From: Camelus dromedarius
Lineage: Eukaryota
Reading direction: 5' to 3'
NCBI RefSeq assembly: GCF_036321535.1
Contig: NC_087436.1
Coordinates: forward strand, 21,640,001 to 21,704,000
DNA length: 64,000 nt
The position numbers and the translations under genes are program-made. Below the pieces are notes generated by a model. That model ran no database searches, was not told where the DNA came from, and saw nothing but the letters and a program-made list of their open reading frames with translations. This document shows positions 1 to 12,217 of the stretch, in pieces (position 1 is the first letter of the stretch; each line of letters starts with the position of its first letter).

Positions 1-39
1 GATTTGGAACCAAATGAAACTGGCTTACTCGTGTAGCCT

Positions 40-135
40 TAGGTATACTGTACACGTTTTCTGGACCTTAATTTCTATAAAATGGAAAGTTGGAATCAAT
101 AATCTATAAATTTTTTCCTAACTCTAAATTCTTTA
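40..135 (+). mobile_element. MIR/MIR3 SINE fragment
   Basis: Degenerate MIR core and tail: 'taatttctataaaatggaaagttggaatcaataatctataa...ctaactctaaattct'. Confidence 0.45.
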
Positions 136-899
136 GTGTGTTTTTAAATTCTACGTTTGAGATCCTTCCTGGTCAACTCTATTTACTATGAAAGTGAAGT
201 CAGGTTTAACTTTTGGCCACTGGCATTTCAGAAATATGAGTTAGATGGATTTGGATAGTGATACTATTAGATTCACACCATTTAATCTTAATGAAAGAAT
301 TGATTCTGTTTTTGCTAATATTAAAATCCTATGTCAGTTCAGTATTTCAAAACAATACAATCTATAAATACAGAATCATCTTCCTCATGCTGTGGGCCTC
401 TTGAGAAATGAGGCATTGTGAACTACAGCAACATCTCAGGAGTGCCTCTGGAGGGAATCCCCATTTAATCCTGATTTAAATAATAGTTACACTGGGTAGC
501 CAAAGAATCTGATTTTGAAAGTTATTGAGTATGTCCCTTTAGAAAATAAAACAAACCAAAACAGATCAAACAAACAAACAAAACCCTGCTGATCGAGACT
601 ATATATTTGGTGGTCTAAGATATCCAAATTAAGTAATTTCAACCACTAACCAATTTCAATTAAGAAGTGATTGCTGAATAGACAAATATTTAAGAAATAT
701 TTTTCCTGGCAAATAAGTTTCAGATACTTTTGCAAGAACATTTTAATAAATATACATTTGACTTGAACTGTCATAGACAACTGTGGGAGCATTTGTCTGA
801 ATAGTACTATGATAAACAAAGTCATAGATATATTTCTATACTGCCTGAATCATAATTTTTTGTTATATTTGATAGAAAAATCCAAAAATAACAGTTATT

Positions 900-1270
900 T
901 AAACATAATAGAAGTGAATTCCTCTTTTGGATAGAATTCTGGAGTAGACAGTCCTAAGTGTGCATGGTGCCTTCTTTTTATCAGGCTCTACCTAAGCTTC
1001 TTGTACTACCCTGTCTGACTTCCATAGTCAAGAGCCTTTCATCTCCAAGATGGCTGCTGCAGCTCCAGGCATTTCACTTGCACTCTAGACAGCAAATATG
1101 AGAAGAGAGGAGAAGTATATATGTATATATGTGTATATATGTATATTTTTTTAAGGACATTTCCTGGATATGCAAATACCACTTCCACTTACATTGTATT
1201 GTCAGAAGCTAAAAATCAGAGGTTCTAATGGAGAAGTAGAATGGCAGGATGAATATTAGGGGACACTAGC
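900..1270 (-). mobile_element. Old MaLR LTR (MLT1I/J/K-like)
   Basis: 'aagatggctgctgcagctccaggcat' and 'cacttccacttacattgtattgtcagaa' resemble antisense MLT1 motifs; a TA-rich tract lies inside at ~1115-1146. Confidence 0.55.
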
Positions 1271-1289
1271 TATTATCAATTATTTCTAC

Positions 1290-3325
1290 CTGAATAAAAA
1301 GCAGAAACTACAAAATATGTAAGTGAGCATTTTTTCTTGACTAAGGTAGCCAGTGATTTGAACAAAATTAACAAAGCACTGGCTACCTTAATCAAGAAAA
1401 AAATTGAGAAACACAAATGCACAGAATAAAAAATGGCAAAAAAGTGAGAAAGCACAAATATACAAAATAAGAAACAAGACAGAATAATTTTTGTGTGTAA
1501 AATAAAAAATGATAGATTATCTTGCAGACCTCCTCTATGAAGATGTATTTGAAAACATAAATGGCTAATTTTCTATGAAATTAACTTTACCAATTATGCT
1601 TCCATTCAGATAGAAAGTTTAAGCAGACCAATTACTAAAGTTGTAGAGGAATTACCCCACTAGAAAACATTGAGCTTGGATGGTTTTACAGGGAAATTCT
1701 GACAAAACTTTAAAGACCAGATAGTCCTAATGCTATAAAAATGGTTTCGATTTTTTATGACTTCAATTATACCTCAATGAAGCTAAAAAAAAGCCCAATC
1801 AAATGTGATGTGAAAACTTAATTGAATCTTGATTCAAAAAAATTATAAAAGGTATTTTGAGAACAAGTGAATAAATTTGAATATGAACTAGATATTAGAT
1901 AATTATTGAATTATGATCATGTCTTTATTTTCAGAGTGTGCATGTGGAATTATTTAGGGATGAAGGAACATAACATCTGCAACACCAAAAACAACAATTA
2001 TTCCAAAGGATGGAAATTATTTGAGAACTTTACATTTCTTTTTTTTAACATGTAAAATATTGATCTCTAACTCTGATAAAAAACAGTACAAAAGAAAATA
2101 ATCATGGATCAATATCACTGATATTGATGTAAATATCCTAAATAAACGTTAGTGTACTGAATTCAACGACACATTCAGAAGATAATATACTGGGACCAAA
2201 TGGAATTCATTCTAGGAATGCCAGACAGATTTAAAACTTAGGAGATTCACTAATAAAACACACCATATAAAGTTCTAACAAGACAAATCATATGATTATC
2301 TCCATAAATGTTGAAAAGTCTTTGTCAAATCTCAACCTCCACTCTAGAGAAAAAAGTAAAGCATAAAAAATAGGAATTGATGTATACTTACTTAACATGA
2401 ATTTATATATAATTATATTTTTATGTGATACATAAATTACATGCATATATAATTTTACATCAACCTATCTATATCTATATTTATTAGTCCTAAAGCCAGT
2501 ATTTTACCTAATGGTGAAACACTAGTAACATTTCCACTAAAAATATGAAAAAAAGAATATTATTATTTAACACTGTACTGGACATATTGGCCAATGCAAT
2601 TAGACAAGAGAAATCTATTAGGAGCATAAAAATTAGAAAAGAAGTAAAACTATTTTTTTTCTATTTGCACATAATGTGACAACATACCTGAAAATTCTAG
2701 AGAATCAGCAATACACTCAGCTTTTATGATGATGATTAATGATAACTCAAACAATAAAATAATTCACATATGCAAAAAAATATATAATTAGCACACAGAA
2801 ATCAGTAGTCTTCACATACATAAATTAGCCAGGATAAGATATAATGGCTGAGAAGCCCCATGCACAATAAAAGAAGATAAAAATATTTAAGATAGACCTT
2901 ACAATAACATGTAAAATTTATATAAAAAATACTCCAAAACATTTTGAAAAACACAAACTTAGACTTGAATAAATGAAAAGCGATTTCTTGTTTTTGGATA
3001 GGATTACTTAGCATCACAAAGATGCCATTGCTCGGTAAGTTAATTTATTAATTTAATAAATTCCCATTAAAAAGTGAACCAAACAACCAGCTTTTCCCCC
3101 TGAAGCTAGACAAGTTAATACCAAAATTCATGTGCAAAAATAAACATAAGAGAATAGTTAAGAAAATACTGAAATAGAAAGTTTATGGAAAATGTGAGTC
3201 TAGCCTTCCAGATATTAAATAGAAAAGAAACTTCTGTAATTAAAACAGTAAATTAACGGCACATAAATGGTGTGGCAGAATCAAAAGAAAGTTCAGATCT
3301 GGAGATAACACTGAAACAAAGGTGT
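1290..3325 (+). mobile_element. Ancient L1 (L1M-type) ORF2 remnant, fragmented
   Basis: A-rich + strand with ORF2 motifs: 'aacaaaattaacaaagcactggct...aatcaagaaaaaa', 'atattgatgtaaatatcctaaataaa', 'catatgattatctccataaatgttgaaaagtctttgtcaaat', 'gccaatgcaattagacaagaga'; many stops. Confidence 0.8.
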
Positions 3326-3326
3326 G

Positions 3327-3422
3327 CTTTTTTTCTTTACCATCATAGTTTATAACAAGATATTGAATATAGCTCCCCATGCTATACAGTAGGACCTTGT
3401 TGTTTATCTATTTTATATATAA
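3327..3422 (-). mobile_element. Short younger L1 3'-UTR fragment inside the older L1
   Basis: 'acaagatattgaatatagctccccatgctatacagtaggaccttgttgtttatctattttatata' is shared with the L1 3' ends at ~17.1 kb and ~20.9 kb. Confidence 0.75.
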
Positions 3423-3514
3423 AGTGATAAATAGGAAGATAATATTAACAAAACATATTTAGAAAAAGAACTAATATGTCTAATACATAAAAAACTTTCA
3501 AAAATATAGAAAAA

Positions 3515-4228
3515 GCTGTACATTCACTAAGATGGCTATAATCAAAAAGACACAATAGTAAGGGAGGTTAGAGAGAAACTGGACTCCTCCTACATTTCAG
3601 TGTGAATGTAAAATAGTGCAGTGCTTTGGAAAATAGTCTGGCAGTTCTTCAAAATGTTCAGCATAGAGTTACCATATGACCCAGCAATTCTATTCCTGGT
3701 TATGTATCCAAGAGAACTGAAAACATATGTCCACCCCAAAACTCATGCACTAATATTCAAAATGACCAGAAAACTGGCAACAGCCCAAATGCTCATCAAC
3801 TGACAAATGAATAAACAAAATGTGATCTATTTAAACAATGGGATATTATTTGACAATAAGAAGAAATGAACTTCTGATACATGCTACAGCATGGATAAAC
3901 CTCGAAAACATTATGCTGTGTGAAATAAGCCAGACATAAAAGACCATGAATTGTACAATTCCCTCTATATGACACGTCCACCATAGGCAAATCCACAGAG
4001 ACAGAAAGTAAGCTAGTGGTTGCCAGCAGCTGAGAAGAGGGGGCAGTGGGGAGAAGCTGCTAATATGTACAGAATTTCTTTTTGGAGTGATGAAAATTTG
4101 AAATTTTATACTTAGAATTAGATGTGATAATGGTTGCACAATTTTGTAAATATCCTGAAAAACACTAAATTGGATACTTTAAAAAGATGAATTTTATAAT
4201 ATGTGGATTATATCTCAATTTTTTTAAT
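3515..4228 (+). mobile_element. L1MB-type 3' end (ORF2 C-terminus and 3' UTR)
   Basis: ORF 3621..3803 'LWKIVWQFFKMFSIELPYDPAILFLVMYPRELKTYVH' is a typical L1 ORF2 C-terminal motif; it ends 'tgtggattatatctcaattttt'. Confidence 0.88.
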
Positions 4229-4524
4229 GAAGAGGAAAATTCCAAAAACCAGATTACAAAATCTGCAAATGACATGGAGAGACATTTTATTCTAAAAGAT
4301 ATATTTTTAAATATCCATTATCAATACTTTTGTTCAGTAATGATATATTTATATTTACCTCTCTTTTAGAATCCTTTTTTGGTTCTTTATGTTTCCTAGC
4401 ACATAGCAATTACACCCAGGTTTTCGTATTTATTTGAATAGGGTTGAGCTCATAATTCTTCAGTGGTAGGTTCTGAGATCATGGTTTTATTTTTCTCCTT
4501 GACTCCAGGTTTAGTTAAGATTTT

Positions 4525-4635
4525 GTTACTCAAATCGGTTCTTAAATCAGCTGCATTGGTCTCATCTGGAGTGTGGAGAGCAATGCAGAATCTCTCACCC
4601 CACCTCCCAGCTGCCTACTGCAAATCATTTTAAAA
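4525..4635. mobile_element. MER5-like hAT-Charlie MITE fragment
   Basis: 'catctggagtgtggagagcaatgcagaatctctcaccccacc' resembles the MER5A core. Confidence 0.4.
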
Positions 4636-7109
4636 TGTGATCTGTAGGCCTGGGTTTTTTTCTCTGTGGTTCAGTCAGTACATGTGCACTTTGATAAACG
4701 TCCTTGGACATCTGAGAAGAGAACGTGGACTTCTCCAACACTAGTGAGTATCTATTAGAGCTATCTTATTGTTATTTAGGTTCTTCAGATTCTTACTGTT
4801 TTTTTGTCTCCTTGATTTCTCACAGTATGAGAAAGTTAAAATCTTTCTATTTTGTGACTATTTCCCTTGTGTTTCCTACAGCTTTTGCTGTATTAGTTTG
4901 CTTTATGTATTTTTTTTGTGTGTGTGCACAAATTCATGACAGTACCCTTTACAGACTGTCTACCATGCCTTGTCAAATGCTATGTAATTCCATGAATTCA
5001 GTATTTCCATCACGGCCTTTTTCATTGGCTCCTCTGTCCATCACTGGTTTGGTTGAATTTTACCAGGTGGTATCAGGAATGGCTCATGGGTACTATATTC
5101 CTCAAATTCTTCACATTTGACAACATCTGCCTTTATAACACTTTTAGTGTTATGTGTTATTTTTATGGCAACTTTGTTAAATGCTTCCTTATATTCTGGT
5201 ATTAACATTGCTATGGATAATTTTAAGGCCAGCCTAATTTTCTGCCTTAAAACTGAGTTGACTCTTTTATGCCTAAAAGCTGACCATAGATGACTATCTG
5301 CTGCCCTGGAATCCTGTCTGACTTTGCATTTGCCTCAGCTTTTCCATATTTTAAAGATATTTTATAAACATTTGCATTACAGTAAACCTGGCATTTGACA
5401 GACCTTCCAGCTTTTACCTTGAAACTTGCTAGTTATGCATGTACAATGAGCAGAGTTTAGCTTGCTGTTAAATCTGAAAGTGGACCAGCAGTAACCTGCC
5501 TCACTTATCTCAACGCTTTCCAGACATAACCTAATAACACCTCCCTCTGGAATTCAGCAAGCAGGGCACGCGCCGTTGGAGTATACACAAACACAGACCA
5601 TTGAGATATAACTAACTCCATTGGTATTTGGTGGTGGTGGGTTTGTGCTACTGCCTCTGCTGGCCATTTGGTGTACCAGTCAGCTGTACTGTGGCTTCTT
5701 GTGCCATTGCCTCTGAGATACACAAAGAAGCTCCAGGAAGATAAATGCTTTGTGCTAGTAGCTCAGAGCAAGGGCAGAAACTCTGCTGAATGAATAGAGA
5801 GCACTGGCTGCATCAGGCAGGGATTCCTAGAACTCAAAGACAAGCCTGAATCCCCAGTTCTTTTGCATCATGATCTGGCATTTTCTCTCCTTCTGCAGAT
5901 CTGGGTCAGCAGCTACACTCCTGCCTCCTCCTCTCCTCCCACACCTGCTTCTGCAAATGTGGCGTGAGTCTGGCTCCTCGTTTAGCTGTGCCTCTTCTGC
6001 CACTCTGGGCTCTTAGATGACGGATGCTCACCTAGTCTTCCTGTATTCCTAGCTCAAAGCAAGGGTCATTGGCTTGCTTCCTCTTGGTTTGCCACTTAAT
6101 TTTTGGAGAGCTCCTTAGGGTGCCTGAGGTCTGCATGGAAATATGTTCTCTCTTAATATCCTTTCTTGACTTGGTCTTAAATTCGGTGGCTATTTTAAAT
6201 AGATTCTGGCTTGAGGCTGTGGTGTTTCCTAGTATCAATAGTTTTTTTCTTCTTTCTCTTTTTAATCTTTGTTGTTTCCTTTGGGTATCAGTGAGTGGAA
6301 TGGTGGGAGAAACACCTTTATATGTCTGCTTTAGCTCTGTTTTGCCCCCACCTCCCCCACCCTAGTTGGCCTTTTTAGGTGTCTGACTATCCATCTTGTA
6401 CAAAGATTGGGCCTGCCTACTACCTTTTCTTCTCGTGGATTAATTTTTTCCCATCTCTCCCTCCCTACCTCTTTGTGTCTTTCTTTCTGTCTTTAACATA
6501 TTTACGTATACTCAGCATATACACTCACCCTAGTCTCAGATCAGAGTAGAAAATGAGTTTCTTATTTAGTATGAGGTAAGTTGTAAATACTTGTAGGTTA
6601 GCAATGAATAGTAAGAGGAAATAAATAGCACAAAAAATTCTGCTGAGAAATTGACTTAAATGATGCTTTTTGAACTCCATCAGCTGAAGTAGGTTTTTCC
6701 ACTTTGTTTACATCTCTGCTCCAGCTGATTACTTTGCAATTCTGATGTTGCCTAAATAAGGAAGAGATGCTGTGGAACTATATAAATGGACTCACAATAG
6801 CCTTTAAAGGACAAAGAACAATGATTTTTTCCCCAGGTATTTCTAAAAGAGAATAGATCCACTTCCATTCAATTGCTTTAATGCTGTGATCCAGAAAATA
6901 TAAATAAAGAAAGAAGATATCATGGGTCTTTGCTGAATAGTTAGTTCTGTCTTTCGTTTTCTTTTTTTTTATGGGAGATGAATTTTAGAAAAGTACTTTA
7001 AATTCTAAAATTATAGAATATTTTCCAGAATAGACCATATTTCATCCCAATCATTTGGAGGGTTACAGTCATTGGAAGGATTTTGGTGATTAATCTATAT
7101 GAAATAAAG

Positions 7110-7910
7110 AATAACTGTAGAGTTTAGAAGACTGACATGATCTGACCTAACAAGGTCACTATGGTAGCTGTGTGAAGAAAAGACAGTGAGTGCAAAAACT
7201 GCAAGATCAGTTAGGAGGCTACTGAAATAATTCAGATATGACATAGCATTGACTGGGACTAGGATGGTGGCAGGAAGGGTGGTAAGAAGTAGTAAAATTA
7301 GGAATATGTTTTGAAGGTAAGATTGCTAATGGACAAGATGTAGGGAGATAAGGATGAGACCAAAATTTTTGTCCTGAGGAACTGCAAGAGGGGATTTGCA
7401 ATGACCTGAGATGGGAAGACTTTAGGAGGACCTAGCCATGTGGAAAATAATGAAAACTCACTTTTGGACATGTTTTGTCTGAGATGTTTATTAGACACCC
7501 AAGTAGAGAGGTTGAGAAGCCGGTTGGGATGTAAGCATCTAGATTTTGATGGAGAGGTTTGGACTGAAAATGTATCTTGGGTGCCCTCAGCTTACAGATG
7601 GCATTGAAAGCCATAAGTCTGGATGAGATGATAAGATCATAGCTAGGGAGTGAATGTGGAAGGAAAAAGAAGACATCCTTGGGAACACCCACTTTTAGAG
7701 TTTGAGAGGTAAAGAGGAACCATTTAATGAGATGGATCAAGGCAAAAGCAAAGCCAGGGGAATGTGGGAATCCTGCTTCAAGAAGGAAAGTGATTGACTG
7801 TGTCAAATCCTACTGATGGGGCAAGGAAGACCAGGACTGGGAATCGAGCCTTAGAGTTAGCAATGTAGAGGTCCTTAGAGAGCTTGACAAGAGCTGTTTA
7901 TAATGACATG
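7110..7910 (-). mobile_element. L2 LINE (RT/3' region)
   Basis: Antisense L2 motifs 'gatcagttaggaggctactgaaataattcag', 'tttggacatgttttgtctgagatg', 'cagatggcattgaaagccata'; minus-strand ORF 'HLRQNMSKSEFSLF' resembles the L2 'LKLNMSKTELLIF' motif. Confidence 0.85.
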
Positions 7911-8996
7911 TGTGTTAATTAACATCTTCTCTAACATGAGTAGCCAAGTATCATCAAAACGGACACTGCATCTTTGTTGGTCACCAGAATACCCATCACT
8001 TAGCATAATAAGCACTTGTAAATATTTGTTAAAGGAGTGAATTCACTAAAGATGGCCAAATTTTAATCTTTATCTGAGACCTGCTTCTGAGCTCCTATGT
8101 CATATACAAACATTCAGGGGAAATACTTTCCCTGGATTTACTACAGATTTACCCTGGATTTATGTGATTACTATGGACTAAGCTCCGAGCTTGGCCTTGG
8201 AATTGCAAAAGTAAATTAGGTGCAGTCAGTCTCCTAAAGAAGTTTGTTTGGGAGCCAGACAAATGAATGGACAATTAAAATGCCCTTGGATTAATGTAGT
8301 GATAGAAGTGAAGGAACTCTGTGAAGATGGAGGTGTGCCAGGTGGGCGGGGTGTGCCAGTCGGAGCATGGGGAGTGAAGAGGTGGGGAGACCACATCTTT
8401 GAGCCTGGTTAGTGGGCATCATCCAGATGAGGGCATGTGGGGAAGGCAAACCCGAGAGCACATGTGCTAGTGTGTGAGTGAGGGGAGCCTAGCCTGCAGA
8501 TAAACACATATTTCTTTCTTTGGCTTGAACCCATCCTCCCACTCCTGTATCTCCCAGTTCCTCTGGCTTTGTTTGTTTTGCTTCTTTGCCTCTGTTCTCT
8601 CTGTTCTACCTCCTGATTTGTGGCTGACCTCTCTTCCTAGCTTAGTGCTTTCTCCGATTTCCTCTACAGAAACTCATTTCTTGGATTTAACCTGGAGTTG
8701 AATCTAATTAACTTCCACCATGTGCAGGCCTGACGGACACTCCCCAGATTTTCAGGCCTTCTCTTCATTTCAGAGGGGTCTAAGACCTTTACCGTTCCTC
8801 TCTCCTCCAGCATAACATCCTTGTTCTCCAGAAAAGTTTGACTACCTGAAGTTTCCTAAATTTACCATCCTGTTTAAAGCCTCAGAACGTCTCCTATGCC
8901 CACTTTGAGTCTCCTTCCCAGCACACTCTCCCCTCCTCTGGTGACTTCACCTCACACTAAGTTTGCAAGATAATTTGCACATCATCTCTCCTGGAA

Positions 8997-9390
8997 TGTA
9001 TTATCAAGACAGGCCAAGTTAGGCTACAGTAACATCATCAAAATCTGTGTGACTTGAGGCAATAAAAATTTATTTCTTGTGCTTCCAAGATTCTGCATGG
9101 GTCTGGGAGATGATCTTGGGATGATGTCTTTTTTGTGGAGGTTCAGCATCCCCCAGGATCTTTCCATCTTGTAGCAACCCCACAACAACAAGTGCTCTCA
9201 TGACCACTGGGAAGGGCGAAGAGAGCGTGGAGAATTGTGGACTGGCTATTAAATGCTCCTGCCTGGAAGTGACACATGTCACTTCTGATCCCTTTTCAAC
9301 AGCATGTGTCCATGCCTATAGTCAAAGAAGAAAGTGCCCTGAAGGAAAGGAGAACCAGAAATCTTGGTGATCATTAGTAATGTTTCCCTT
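8997..9390 (-). mobile_element. MaLR LTR (MLT1J/K-like)
   Basis: 'aggctacagtaaca...aaaatctgtgtgacttgaggcaataaaaatttatttct', 'ggaagtgacacatgtcacttctg', 'ggagaaccagaaatcttggtga'. Confidence 0.7.
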
Positions 9391-9424
9391 GTGGGAAATA
9401 CTGGTAAATGGTATTTGTGGGGAC

Positions 9425-9620
9425 ACTAGGTGGACTCCTGCTTCTAGCTCTATCATCAATGAGTTATTTACTGGGAAAATCACATAATTTCACCTCTGCC
9501 TTTGTTTCCTCAGCTATAAAAAGATCACCAATCATAAAAGGGTCATGGTGAGAGCAGAAGTGCTTAGATCAGTACCCAGAACAAATTGAGTTATCAAAAA
9601 AAATCATTATTGATTTTTAC
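9425..9620 (+). mobile_element. MIR SINE
   Basis: 'ctgggaaaatcacataatttcacctctgcctttgtttcctcagctataaaa' MIR core. Confidence 0.6.
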
Positions 9621-9744
9621 TAGGAACTCTTCCTTGAGCTGTCTGCCTCATCCCATCTTGCAGAGTGAAACATTTTCTCCTTTGTATTTTCACTCTTCCT
9701 TATGTGCAAATATAGATGTTTGCCTTTGTCTTGTAATACATGAT

Positions 9745-9870
9745 TTTTAGGTGAAATGGTGAGTTTCTTAAAACTAGGATTTTGTCTGGTCAACACTGTA
9801 CTCTGGAATCTAGCCCAGTGCCTGCCACATAGTAGAAACTCAATATATTTCATGTACATGAATGAATAAG
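9745..9870 (+). mobile_element. L2 3' end
   Basis: 'ctagcccagtgcctgccacatagtagaaactcaatatattt...tgaatgaat'. Confidence 0.75.
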
Positions 9871-10079
9871 TGAAAAAAGGAATGAGCTTGTGGTTTTAAA
9901 GCTCTGCACTGGGGATGAATCATTCGGGGGCTTACAAAAACCTCTGACCTTTTTATTCTAAAGTCCCACTCCTTAATGATCTTCTAGCTCCAAAACTGCT
10001 TGTAAATAATATACTGACAGAATGGAAGCATTCTTGATTTGGATATTGTCATGCTTAGAGGGATGTTTTCTCCACTCAA

Positions 10080-10250
10080 GAACCCAACTACTTTGCCCCT
10101 TGGTGTGGTCCACAGCCTAGCAGCCTCAGTGTGCCCTGAGAGCTTGTTAGAATTTCAGACTACACTCCAGAATTACTGAATCGGAATCTACATTTTAACA
10201 AGATCCCAGGTGATTTGTATGCACATTAACATTTGAGAAGCACTGTTCTA
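10080..10250. mobile_element. MER5A hAT-Charlie MITE
   Basis: 'gagcttgttagaa...tactgaatcggaatctacattttaacaagatcccaggtgatttgtatgcacattaacatttgagaagcactg'. Confidence 0.85.
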
Positions 10251-10394
10251 TAATACTTGCTCAAGATGCCAGCCGAGCTCTGTTCCCTTCATGCCTATGG
10301 CTGAGAGTTAGGGACTGAGGGAATGCAGCCCTCCTAAAGTTGTTTTGGGTTAACTGTTCATTCTGATTTATTACTGAACAAAAGAACTTGCTTC

Positions 10395-10969
10395 ACAGAA
10401 GCATTATTTACAGTAGCCAGGATGTGGAAGCAGCCTAAATGTCAATCAACAGCTGAGAAGATAAAGAAGATGTGGGGTTTGTGTGTATATATAAAATGGA
10501 ATACTACTCAGCCATAAAAAAGAATGAAATAATGCTATTTGCAGTAACATGGATGAACGTGGAGATTGTCATATTAAATGAAGTCAGAAAGAGAAAGAAA
10601 AATACCATATGATATCACTTATATGTGGAATCTTAAAAAATGACACAAATGAACTTATTAACAAAACAGAAACAGACTCACAGACATAGAAAACAAACTT
10701 ATGGTTACTAGAGGGGAGGGAGGTGGAGGGATAAAGTGGGAGTTTGGGATTAGGAGATACACACTATTATACATAAAATAGATAAAGAGTAAGGTCCTAC
10801 TGTATAGCACAGGGAACTATATTCAATACCTTGTAATCTATAATGAAAAAGAATATGAAAAGGAATACATATATATTCCTTTACATATATCTGTATATAA
10901 ATGAATCACTATGCTGTACACCTGAAATTAACACAACATTGTAAACTAACAATACTTCAAATTAAAAAA
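10395..10969 (+). mobile_element. 5'-truncated lineage-specific L1 with target-site duplication
   Basis: L1 3' end ('aatggaatactactcagccataaaaaagaatgaaataatgctatttgcag') with A-tail; TSD aaaagaacttgcttc (10380-10394) / aaaaaaacttgcttc (10965-10979). Confidence 0.92.
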
Positions 10970-12217
10970 AACTTGCTTCTAACTGATCCAATGTTAGTAG
11001 GATATGTTTAGTATTGGGAGAATGATGGATTTAGAAATGCTGTGTTCAGGAAGTTGAGGGATTTGCCATTGATTATTATTTAGTGTCAATTGATCTAGTA
11101 TGTTTTTGTTACCAAACATAAAAAACATATCCTGAGAAATTTCTAGATTTTGGAAGTTATGAAAATAGGTGGCTTTTGATGGGTGGTTTTATAACATGTA
11201 AAATTGAGCTGCTTCTTTGTAAATTAGCTGATCTTAACATCGTAGAAGACTTCATATAGTTTCTGTGGTACTTGAGAAAGAGATCAGGCAGCTGGGCTTC
11301 CTGGATGGGCAGTGATTGTTATCCTAGGTAAAGACCTTCAAAATATTTTTTAAAAAGTACTCACAAAGTGTATTCCCTGCTATAAGCATCTTCCATGTGA
11401 GCAGTTGAAGGTGATTCTTGACACCTGCCATGATTCAAGGCAGGCAAGGAGCAAGCCACAACTGGTTCACGCCCGAGGGAAGAACAATAGGGAAGCCTAT
11501 AGAATCTAGCCAAGGACTGACTGGTGCTGCTTAAAAGCTTTTATTTCAGGAGCCATCCAATGACAGATTTTACAGAAAGTCTTATCTTATGACCTACCTT
11601 GAAGCTCCAAGTAGAAGGAAGCCTCCCATCGTCCTTCCTAATGAGTAATACCATTCAGCACAGTAAACATTAGTGCAGGGTTACATGGGGAAAATTTCCT
11701 TTCTATGTGAAAAATAGCCAGAAAAGTTCCCACAACTTCAGGATGTGTTTGGTTAAGGGAGCTAGTGCAGGACACTGATATGACTGTGTATAAATGTGGT
11801 CTGTAGCTTTTTAATAACAGACTCTGCCCAAGAATCATCAGGTTAGGTCTGATTCTACAAATTGCTGTCTTGTTCTTAGTAGCTGTATATTTCTGGCCTG
11901 CTGAGATTGCTATGTTCCTTTTTTTTTCACAGATAAAGAATTAATTAAAGATTTACTGGATAAGATATTCATAAATAAGTGGCAAACATTCAATATTATC
12001 TATCACATAAGGAACACACTCCAATTTTTATCACATTTTTGTTGCCTCCTCCTTAACATATTTCCTTAAAAAAGTATCATACATAAAAGAAGCATATTTA
12101 CCAAGAGACGCTGCTGCATCTTTTGAGCAAGCATAACAAACAGTTTGCACCGCTATTTTAACTTGTTTTGATGGATTAATTGGTACTTACGACAAAGATT
12201 TCTTGCATAGTTGACTA

